From the NCBI GenBank assembly GCA_965603515.1, contig CBFDDH010000005.1, positions 27,886 to 91,885 on the forward strand: a stretch of DNA of 64,000 nucleotides. Reading direction: 5' to 3'. Both the position numbers and the translations under genes were made by a program. The notes below the pieces were generated by a model, which made no database searches, had not been told where the DNA came from, and saw only the letters and a program-made list of their open reading frames with translations. Within the stretch, counting starts at the first letter, position 1, and each line of letters starts with the position of its first letter. Source of the stretch: an uncultured bacterium (GTDB lineage: Bacteria; Hydrothermota; Tepidihabitantia; SM23-42). Shown here piece after piece: positions 7,768 to 15,857 of this stretch.

Positions 7768-8549
7768 TGAAAAAACGCCAGTTGAATAAAGAACAGGATA
7801 CTCGTCGTTTATATAACGATCTTGCCTGGACCTGGCCTATTATAAGCCCACCCGAAGATTATATCGAAGAGGGAGAAAAATACAGAAGTCTGATAAAAAG
7901 ATATTCGAAGATACCAGTATCAACCCTGCTCAATCTTGGCTGCGGCGGTGGTCATGTTGACTGGGTGCTGAAAAAATATTTCAGGATCACAAGTATTGAT
8001 ATTAGTACAAATATGTTGAAACTTGCAAAAAAATTGAATCCAGATGTAATCTATAAAAAGGGCGATATGAGATCTATTAGATTAAAAAAAGCATTTGATG
8101 CGGTCTTGATCCTTGATTCAATCAACTATATGCTCACTAAAAAAGACCTGTCATCCGTATTTAAAACAGCTTACGAACATCTCAACCCAGGTGGCATGCT
8201 TTTGACTTTCGCAGAGGAGTATAATAAAATAGAACAGCACAAACTATCGTGGTCAACTCATAAAAAGGGTGATACTGAAATAACATTCATCGAGCATTAT
8301 TATGATTCAGACCCGACCGATACTACATTCGAATGCATTTTTGTTTACTTGATACGCAAAAACAAAAAACTGGACATTCAGACCGATCGCCATCTTGGTG
8401 GTATATTCAGTCTGAAGACCTGGCTTCAATTATTAGAAGAAATCGGGTTCAAAGTGAAGAAATTGGGGCTTGGACATTCATCTTTCCCAAAAGGGACTAC
8501 GATACCAACCTTTATTTGCACAAAACCTCTTCCAGCTTCAAAAAGCTAA
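7764..8549 (+). CDS. Class I SAM-dependent methyltransferase
   Basis: 261 aa. Motif I LNLGCGGGHVD, post-I SIDIS, motif II FDAVLILDS. 4-nt overlap (ATGA) with the upstream gene. Confidence 0.75.
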   Translation: MMKKRQLNKEQDTRRLYNDLAWTWPIISPPEDYIEEGEKYRSLIKRYSKIPVSTLLNLGCGGGHVDWVLKKYFRITSIDISTNMLKLAKKLNPDVIYKKGDMRSIRLKKAFDAVLILDSINYMLTKKDLSSVFKTAYEHLNPGGMLLTFAEEYNKIEQHKLSWSTHKKGDTEITFIEHYYDSDPTDTTFECIFVYLIRKNKKLDIQTDRHLGGIFSLKTWLQLLEEIGFKVKKLGLGHSSFPKGTTIPTFICTKPLPASKS

Positions 8550-8573
8550 CCCATAAACCATCTTCTTACATAC

Positions 8574-8602
8574 ATTGACATCGATGGCTTTTTTGTTAAA
8601 CT
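8574..8602 (+). promoter_or_regulatory. Possible promoter TTGACA-N17-TAAACT upstream of the A2M gene
   Basis: TTGACA 8574-8579. Weak -10 at 8597-8602. GGAGG RBS 8606-8610. ATG 8619. Confidence 0.3.
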
Positions 8603-8618
8603 ATTTGATGGAGGTAGT

Positions 8619-11600
8619 ATGAAAAGATCATTTATATTATTCATATCAATATTTACAGCATTCACATTATCATGTCAAAAAAAGAAAGCTTTTCAAGCTG
8701 GGTTTGAAATCCCGGAAGGACAAAAAAGAGACGTAGAAGTCCTCTATATAACACCGGAAGGCGGGACCGAAGGACTGAGTGAAGTAGGCGAAATACTCGT
8801 CTCCTTTAATCAGCCGATGGTTCCCCTCCAAGGCGTACCAGAATTTGAAAAGAGTGGACCACTTGAAATCAAACCGGAAATTAAAGGTAGATTCAGATGG
8901 CGCGGGACATCCACCGTATTTTTTATTCCGGATCAACCATTGGTCGGTGGAACCCAATACACATGCAAGGTTCCCAAAGGCACAAAATCCTTAACCGGAA
9001 CGCAGCTCAAAACAGACTACACCTGGCAGTTCACTACCGCACGACCACAGCTCAATACTTCGAACCCATATCACAATCAGAAATGGGTTGAGCTGGAGCA
9101 CAAAATATATCTTCTTTTCAATCAACCGATGTCACCGGGAAAAGTGAAATCCTTTATCAAGTTACTCGTGCGCGACGAAAAGAGTTTCGAAAAACCAGTT
9201 TCATTTAAAACACGATCCATGACTGACAAAGAGAAACAGGGGATCGGTGCCTACTGGAAATCAGAAAGAACGATCGTTATCAACCCAGACCAAGACCTGC
9301 CAATTGAAAGTGAGGTGATGATTAAATTGCTCGAGGGTTTACCCGGAGCTTCAGGTGACTATGGCATGGAACATGAACGAACCATAACCTTTCGAACCTT
9401 TAACTATTTTAGATTTGAGGGTCTTGATAATACTATACAAAACCCCCAGGAATCAGTAAGGTTCGAGTTCAGCAACCCCGTGGTATACCAGGATTTTATC
9501 AAACACATCAAATTTAACCCGGAAATAAAAATACCTGAGCATTATAAGAACTGGACACATTCCTCGACGCGACTCTATGTCTATGTAGACCTTAAACCCG
9601 ATACTAAATATCAAGTGTTTATTGACAAAGAACTGACTGACCGTTTCAACAATAAACTCGGTGAGGATATTGTCGCGACGTTCAAAACAACAGATTATGA
9701 ACCCCAGATCAAAATAGCTACTGGTCGCGGGATCGTTGAATCGTATTCAGCAAAGCGACATCCAATTACTGTTATCAATGTAAACCGGGTCGGTAAAAAA
9801 ATGGCGCTTTTGGAACGAAGTGAGATAATCCCCACGGTCCTTAGTAGTGGCGTATTTTATGGATGGCGCAAGTACAACCCGGTGTTTAATTATGACATTA
9901 ATGAAAAATGGAAAATCAATGGCGAAAGAAACAAACGGATCACGGTGCCACTTGAACTTAAGGATGTTCTACAGAACAAAGACGCTGGTTATGTTTTCTT
10001 TGAGATCGATGCATACAAAAAGCTCCGCTATGGGCGGCGATATTACCGAGGCTTACTCCAGATAACAAATATCGGCATTTCTGCTAAATTCTCGTCGGAA
10101 AATAATCTGGTATGGGTTACGACCTTGAAAGATGCCCAACCCCTCTACAATGCGCAAGTCGAATTACGTGACGATAAAAATCGCGTGCTCTGGCAAGGCA
10201 AAACTGACCAGGACGGTCTGGTCCAAACACCAGGGTGGAAACCATTAGGTCTAGTCCCCGAGAACGACTGGAACAAACCACGGATTTGGGTATTTGCCAG
10301 AAGCGGTAATGATGAAACATTTATTGTGTCAGATGAAGGCACTGGTGTTTATCCATATGAGTTTGGTATCTCATATGACTGGAGTCCTGAACCAGAGAAG
10401 TATCAAACTTATATCTTCACTGAGCGGGGTATCTACAAAAGCGGCGAAGATGTTTATATTAAAGGTATCATAAGAGAAAAACATAAGGGTACGTGGCGGA
10501 TATCCCGTAGTGTCAAAACCGTTGACCTCGAGATCTACAATTCGCGGGATGAACAGATATATAACAGGACAACCACTGTTTCAAAATATGGTTCCTTTGA
10601 CATCAAACTCCCTATTGCATCAGATGCTCCCACTGGTTGGTATGAAATAACTGCTGACCTACCTGGTGTTAAACCTAATTTCTACGGTTCATTCAGGGTC
10701 GAAGCTTACCGACCTGCACAATTCGAAGTAAAGGCACAGAGCGAAAAAGAAGAATACATCTTTGGCGATGAATTCGAGGGCGAAATAAAGGGGACTTATC
10801 TCTACGGCGGGCCGATGGCCGGAGAGAGTGCCGAGTGGATAATAACCCTTGATCATTCATATTATACACCACCTGGTCATAAAGGCTATCGATTTGGTCC
10901 ATCTTATTGGTACGATGATGAGGATTGGGAATTCGAAGGGGTTATTGGATCAGATGCTGGTGAACTTGACCAATATGGCAAAATGAAGCTACAAAAGAAA
11001 CTCGCTCAGGAAGATATACGAAGAACAATGCTACTTACTCTTGAAGGATCAGTGACTGCCGAAAATCGACAAACCCTTTCAGGACGAACAAATTGCCTGA
11101 TCCATTGTGGTGAGTATTATATCGGAATAAAACCCCAGAAAACGTTCATCGAAATAAAAAAATCAAGCCAGTTCGAGTTTATCACAACAAGACCCGATGG
11201 GGAATTGACCGTCAAGAAAAACATTAGCGTCGAGATCATCCGAAGGGAATGGATAAGTGTACGCAAAGCTGGTGTTGAAGGTAGATTCGAATGGATTACT
11301 GAGAAGAAAGACAGTATTGTCAGCAAATTCAAAGTGAAGACCAGCGAAAGTCCAGTCGCTAAGTCCTTTACGCCTGAAAGAACTGGCTTTTACATAATCA
11401 AAGCTCAGGGTAAGGATTCCCGTAACAATACCATCATTACGAGTACCTACTTTTACGTAACTGGTGCTGGCTATATATCTTGGCGAAGAAACGACGACGA
11501 CCACGTGGAGATTATCCCGGATGAAGAAAAGTACAAACCTGGCGATGTCGCAAAAATACTCGTTAAGTCGCCCTATGAAAAAACCCTTGCCTTAGTTACG

Positions 11601-14294
11601 ATCGAACGTGAGTTCATTATTGACAGATTTACTCAGGAGCTGATCGGATCGAGTGATCTCATTGAAATTCCGATTAATGAAAATTACTTACCCAATGTCT
11701 ACGTCTCGGTTATCCTCATCCAAGGTAGAAAAGGATTTGATAAATTTGATGAAGCAGGTAAGGATATTGGCAAACCATCTTTTAAAATTGGTTACACAAA
11801 TCTTAAGGTAGACCCTGGGACAAAACATCTTGATATTACAATTACTACTAACAAAGATGAGTATAGGCCTCAAGATTCAGTGATGGTGAAACTGAAGGTC
11901 GCTGACCATAAAGGTCAGGGGGTTAAATCAGAGATCATCCTCGCAGTAGTAGACGTTGGGGTACTGAACCTTATTGGTTTTGAAACACCTGACCCATTCC
12001 CCATGTTCTATGGCTCCAGACAACTCTCTGTACAAACTGCCGAGAGCCGACTGCATATTATAGGTCAAAGAACTTATGATGAAAAAGGCGAGAACCGTGG
12101 CGGCGGCGGAACAGCGGCGGCGCCCTTTGCCTACCGCTCTGAATTCTTGACAACCGCATATTATAATGCTCGTATCTATACGAATTCAAAAGGTGAAGCA
12201 GTAATACGCTTCAAATTACCCGATAACCTCACGACCTTCCGGCTCATGGCAGTCGGACACACTAAGGCCTCTTGTTTTGGTTCAAGTGATTCAAAGATCC
12301 GGGTGAAAAAACCGCTTTTGTTGCTTGAGGCATTACCCCGATTTGTCCGGCTCGGCGATGAATTCGAAGCCGGTATTGTTGTCCACAATAATACGAACGT
12401 TTCTGGTAACGTGGTGGTCGAAGCCTCGGCTGATAATATCACACTCGTTAATGAAAGCAAAGAAACGCTGGAAATCCCTGACGGTCAAGAAAAAGAAATA
12501 CGCTTTGAGTACCGCGCTCACCAGGTCGGTCAAGCAACCTTCAGATTCAAAGTGACCATGGGACAGGAATCAGATGGGGTTGAATTAAAAATACCCGTGA
12601 TCTCACCGCGTCTGACCGAGGCTGTTGCATTGTATAGCCAGACCATAGACAAAATCGCTGAAGCAATCACTGTACCAAAAGACATATACCCAGATGTTGG
12701 CTATATTGAGTTTACAACTTCGTCATCAGCGCTTGTCGGACTTGAAGGTGGTGTTGAATACCTTATTAAGTATCCGTATGAGTGTCTTGAGCAGAAGACA
12801 TCGAGGATTCTACCGTTCATCCTCGCTGAAGATTTAATCAATTCTTTTGACCTTTCTGAGCTGAAGGGCAAAGACCTTAGAAAAGAAGTCCAGAATACTC
12901 TAAAAGAATTCAAAGATTTTCAACATTACAATGGTGGCTTCAAGTTCTGGCCGGACTCCTGGTATCCATCACCATGGTTAACTGCTTATGCTGTAAATGT
13001 GCTCGCAAAAGCAAAAAAGAAAGGCTATTACGTTGACATGAACATGCTCAATAGAGCAATAGACTACTTGAAAGATGTACTACGCCGCAGCGATGTTGAT
13101 TGGGAATATCCCTATAATAAAAATGTTCAACTCACCACCAAATGCTTTATCCTGTATTCACTCGTGCTATGGGATGTCTACGACCACGGCTATATGTCCA
13201 GACTCTTTGACAAACGTGACCAGATCTCACTTTTTGGCAAAACCTTGTTGCTAAAATCAGCCCATATCTACGGAAATTCATATTACAGGAAAGAACTACG
13301 GAGGATGATCCTCAACAAAATACATATGGCATCGACTACTGCTCATTTTGAAGAACCGGATGCGATCGGCATGGCTTGGATATGGCACTCCAATGTCAGA
13401 ACTACTGCGCTTATTCTCCAGGCATTGCTCGAAACTGGCGGTGAATTTGCCAATGCGGAAAAGATAATCAAGTGGTTAGTAACCGAAAGGAAAATCGGTC
13501 GCTGGCGTTCAACTCAAGAAAATATCTATGTCTTTGATGCATTCAATACATATTTTAGAATCTACGAAAAACAAACCCCCGATTTCATGGCGACTGTCTA
13601 TCTTGAGAATAAGGAAATCCTAAAAGAAATCTTCAAAGGCAGGGAACTACAGATACGAAGAAAAGAAGTGGGATTAGGTGATCTGACAAAAGGCAAAAAA
13701 CTGCCGGTTAATATTGAAAAAAGTGGTGACGGACGACTATACTATGGTCTGCGCATGCTTTACGCCCCCACGCGCGAACTCAAACCACGGGATGAAGGTC
13801 TCGCAGTATTCAAAGTGGTGGAGCCGCTCGCTGAAGGACTCTCTGGTGATGAATTGAGCGCCGGTAAAATCTACAAGGTAACGCTCAGTATTGTTACGCC
13901 CCAAGAACGTAATTTCGTAGTAGTCGATGATCCGCTTCCAGCTGGTGTTGAGGTCATAAATACATCATTTGATACTGAAAGCAAACAACTCCTCAAAATG
14001 ATGGATGGTAACATGGACTACTATGATGAATATTATGTAGAAGATTATTACGGCGGTGAGTATGATGACTACTACTATTACTATCCATCATGGGGTACAT
14101 TCGACCACTGGGAAATCTATGATGAAAAAGTTCTTTTGTTTGCTGATGCCTTAAGAGCAGGCGAGCATACCTTCTCTTATCTCGTACGTGCAATGACATT
14201 TGGGAACTTTACAATGCCACCAACCAAAGCCGAGGAGATGTATACACCTGAGGTTTTTGGGTATAACAGGCAACGAAGACTGGTGGTCAAGTAG
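8619..14294 (+). CDS. Bacterial alpha-2-macroglobulin family lipoprotein (ECAM/YfhM-like) with an intact thioester motif
   Basis: 1891 aa. Signal peptide plus Cys (MKRSFILFISIFTAFTLSC). Thioester YPYECLEQKTSR (bacterial CLEQ form) around nt 12770-12800. Gly/Ala-rich putative bait region GENRGGGGTAAAPFAY about 230 aa upstream of the thioester. Many MG-domain-like beta-rich repeats. Unusual Tyr/Asp/Glu-rich C-terminal insert. Confidence 0.8.
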   Translation: MKRSFILFISIFTAFTLSCQKKKAFQAGFEIPEGQKRDVEVLYITPEGGTEGLSEVGEILVSFNQPMVPLQGVPEFEKSGPLEIKPEIKGRFRWRGTSTVFFIPDQPLVGGTQYTCKVPKGTKSLTGTQLKTDYTWQFTTARPQLNTSNPYHNQKWVELEHKIYLLFNQPMSPGKVKSFIKLLVRDEKSFEKPVSFKTRSMTDKEKQGIGAYWKSERTIVINPDQDLPIESEVMIKLLEGLPGASGDYGMEHERTITFRTFNYFRFEGLDNTIQNPQESVRFEFSNPVVYQDFIKHIKFNPEIKIPEHYKNWTHSSTRLYVYVDLKPDTKYQVFIDKELTDRFNNKLGEDIVATFKTTDYEPQIKIATGRGIVESYSAKRHPITVINVNRVGKKMALLERSEIIPTVLSSGVFYGWRKYNPVFNYDINEKWKINGERNKRITVPLELKDVLQNKDAGYVFFEIDAYKKLRYGRRYYRGLLQITNIGISAKFSSENNLVWVTTLKDAQPLYNAQVELRDDKNRVLWQGKTDQDGLVQTPGWKPLGLVPENDWNKPRIWVFARSGNDETFIVSDEGTGVYPYEFGISYDWSPEPEKYQTYIFTERGIYKSGEDVYIKGIIREKHKGTWRISRSVKTVDLEIYNSRDEQIYNRTTTVSKYGSFDIKLPIASDAPTGWYEITADLPGVKPNFYGSFRVEAYRPAQFEVKAQSEKEEYIFGDEFEGEIKGTYLYGGPMAGESAEWIITLDHSYYTPPGHKGYRFGPSYWYDDEDWEFEGVIGSDAGELDQYGKMKLQKKLAQEDIRRTMLLTLEGSVTAENRQTLSGRTNCLIHCGEYYIGIKPQKTFIEIKKSSQFEFITTRPDGELTVKKNISVEIIRREWISVRKAGVEGRFEWITEKKDSIVSKFKVKTSESPVAKSFTPERTGFYIIKAQGKDSRNNTIITSTYFYVTGAGYISWRRNDDDHVEIIPDEEKYKPGDVAKILVKSPYEKTLALVTIEREFIIDRFTQELIGSSDLIEIPINENYLPNVYVSVILIQGRKGFDKFDEAGKDIGKPSFKIGYTNLKVDPGTKHLDITITTNKDEYRPQDSVMVKLKVADHKGQGVKSEIILAVVDVGVLNLIGFETPDPFPMFYGSRQLSVQTAESRLHIIGQRTYDEKGENRGGGGTAAAPFAYRSEFLTTAYYNARIYTNSKGEAVIRFKLPDNLTTFRLMAVGHTKASCFGSSDSKIRVKKPLLLLEALPRFVRLGDEFEAGIVVHNNTNVSGNVVVEASADNITLVNESKETLEIPDGQEKEIRFEYRAHQVGQATFRFKVTMGQESDGVELKIPVISPRLTEAVALYSQTIDKIAEAITVPKDIYPDVGYIEFTTSSSALVGLEGGVEYLIKYPYECLEQKTSRILPFILAEDLINSFDLSELKGKDLRKEVQNTLKEFKDFQHYNGGFKFWPDSWYPSPWLTAYAVNVLAKAKKKGYYVDMNMLNRAIDYLKDVLRRSDVDWEYPYNKNVQLTTKCFILYSLVLWDVYDHGYMSRLFDKRDQISLFGKTLLLKSAHIYGNSYYRKELRRMILNKIHMASTTAHFEEPDAIGMAWIWHSNVRTTALILQALLETGGEFANAEKIIKWLVTERKIGRWRSTQENIYVFDAFNTYFRIYEKQTPDFMATVYLENKEILKEIFKGRELQIRRKEVGLGDLTKGKKLPVNIEKSGDGRLYYGLRMLYAPTRELKPRDEGLAVFKVVEPLAEGLSGDELSAGKIYKVTLSIVTPQERNFVVVDDPLPAGVEVINTSFDTESKQLLKMMDGNMDYYDEYYVEDYYGGEYDDYYYYYPSWGTFDHWEIYDEKVLLFADALRAGEHTFSYLVRAMTFGNFTMPPTKAEEMYTPEVFGYNRQRRLVVK

Positions 14295-14572
14295 AGCGTA
14301 ATGCGTAAAGAGTAGCGCGTAGGGCGAAAAACATACTCTTCGAGTAAGTTCCGAGCTTCGCGAGAGACGCATCGAGAAGTACCTTAATGTATGTTCTCCC
14401 GCACACAGCACACGGGATGCTCATTGCTGCAATCACACTAAAACTGTGAGCAGTATTGGCATCGACAAAGCTCGCCTGTCTCGAACAAGGTGAGAGGAAC
14501 AGTAATTATTCATCCCTCGAACAAAGCCTCTTCTAATTATGCCTCGAGCGAGCAGAGCGCTTGTCCGCTAAG

Positions 14573-15514
14573 TCATGCAGAGGAAGTCGAGAAGTTGCTA
14601 GCAAAATATACGGCGCCGAGTATCCCCGCGTCGTCGCCGAGCTTACCCGGGATGATCTTGAACTTACGGTATTGAGCACCCATGATTCGCTGCTCTGCTG
14701 TCTTTCTCATCGATTCAAACAGGACCTTTCCTGCCCTTGAGATACCTCCTGAAACAATAATCACCTCAGGGTCAAACAAAGAGATGATATTCGATAAACC
14801 GACACCGATATAGAACCCGATCTCAGTAAATATCTCCTTGGCAAGAGCATCACCCCTTTTTGCTTCTTGTGCAATAATACGTGGCGTTATCTTTTTGTAT
14901 TTTCTCAGGCTACTTTTCCGTTTTTTCATCCGGCGGCGTGCACGTGCAACGATATAGCACGCACCTACATATCCCTCAAGATGACCAAACTGATTGCAAG
15001 TACATCTTTTACCATCATACTTGATCACGGAGTGACCAAACTCACCGGCAAACCCGTTTGCGCCAAATAATAGCTTTCCTTCGCATACCGCAGCACCGCC
15101 GACACCCGTGCCAAGAGCAAAAAGGAATATATTATTGTATCCCTTGCCCGCACCGAATTTCCATTCACCTAAGCATATCGCATTCACGTCATTGAGGATC
15201 TTTACTGGCACTTTAAATTTCTTATTAATTGTCTGGGCAAGCTCTACATTAGTCCAGCCGGCAAAATTAGGTGAGTATCTCACAATACCTTTTTTTGAAT
15301 CAATAATGCCTGCAATACCGATACCGATATGTGATATTGGTTTTGTAAAGGTCTGAATAGCATTTTTAATCTGATCGACGACAGCACCTGGCCCCTGCTC
15401 AGCATGGGTCAAAACTTTTACTCGTTTGATGATCTTGTCATCTCTTACAAGTGCAGACTTTATATTTGTCCCGCCGACGTCCACACCAATGCAATATCTC
15501 TTACCCATGGTCAT
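14573..15514 (-). CDS. ROK-family sugar kinase (glucokinase-like)
   Basis: 313 aa. IGVDVGGTNIK ATP motif. ROK signature with CxCGxxGCLE-like zinc motif (CTCNQFGHLEGY). Contains a basic insert ARARRRMKKRKSSLRKYKK. Confidence 0.8.
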   Translation of the reverse strand: MTMGKRYCIGVDVGGTNIKSALVRDDKIIKRVKVLTHAEQGPGAVVDQIKNAIQTFTKPISHIGIGIAGIIDSKKGIVRYSPNFAGWTNVELAQTINKKFKVPVKILNDVNAICLGEWKFGAGKGYNNIFLFALGTGVGGAAVCEGKLLFGANGFAGEFGHSVIKYDGKRCTCNQFGHLEGYVGACYIVARARRRMKKRKSSLRKYKKITPRIIAQEAKRGDALAKEIFTEIGFYIGVGLSNIISLFDPEVIIVSGGISRAGKVLFESMRKTAEQRIMGAQYRKFKIIPGKLGDDAGILGAVYFASNFSTSSA

Positions 15515-15557
15515 ATCATAACTGTAAATACATCACCAAACTAAACTCCTTTATAGA

Positions 15558-15713
15558 TTATTTCTTTTGTTCTTTGTTGGCGTCTTTCTCTTTTATAATA
15601 CGAATACTATTGGAACCGCACTTGGGGCATTGCCTTTCTATCATCTTACCTTTTTCATAAGGGTATTTATTAATTGCGCCGCATCTCAAGCACTTGAAGT
15701 CTTTTTCTTCCAT
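15558..15713 (-). CDS. 51-aa zinc-ribbon protein (CxxC-N17-CxxC). Below the ORF-track size cut-off. Last gene of the hdr operon.
   Basis: Manual translation: MEEKDFKCLRCGAINKYPYEKGKMIERQCPKCGSNSIRIIKEKDANKEQKK. GGAGG sits 6 nt upstream of the ATG (complement 15713..15711). Confidence 0.5.
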   Translation of the reverse strand: MEEKDFKCLRCGAINKYPYEKGKMIERQCPKCGSNSIRIIKEKDANKEQKK

Positions 15714-15857
15714 GCTTTAACCTCCTGCTTAGTAAATCTGGGGGCATTGCGAATAACCGAAGGAAGCATGGCAATCTCATCTTCTTAAAACAGTCGAGAT
15801 TGCTTCGTCGTCCCACCCTTCCAAGATTGGCGGGATTCCTCGCAATGACACAACCAA

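Noticed and set aside
8670-14199. Numerous short ORFs on both strands inside the A2M gene (e.g. 8670..8957-, 11163..11504-, 12176..12460-)
   Set aside because: They are fully nested in a 1891-aa frame whose product has a coherent A2M domain architecture including the thioester. Antisense or out-of-frame artefacts.
14295-14572. Degenerate direct repeats (…TAATTATNC..CTCGAACAA…, TCGAGAAGT…) in the convergent A2M/ROK intergenic region, considered as sRNA or CRISPR remnant
   Set aside because: Repeats are short and imperfect with no consistent spacing or hairpin. Track ORFs 14151..14411(-) and 14490..14675(+) have no RBS and overlap neighbouring genes. Treated as non-coding spacer.
14890-14970. 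Basic insertion ARARRRMKKRKSSLRKYKK in the ROK kinase as a possible nucleic-acid-binding or NLS-like module
   Set aside because: Cannot distinguish from a lineage-specific surface loop without an alignment. Noted but not strong enough for a finding.
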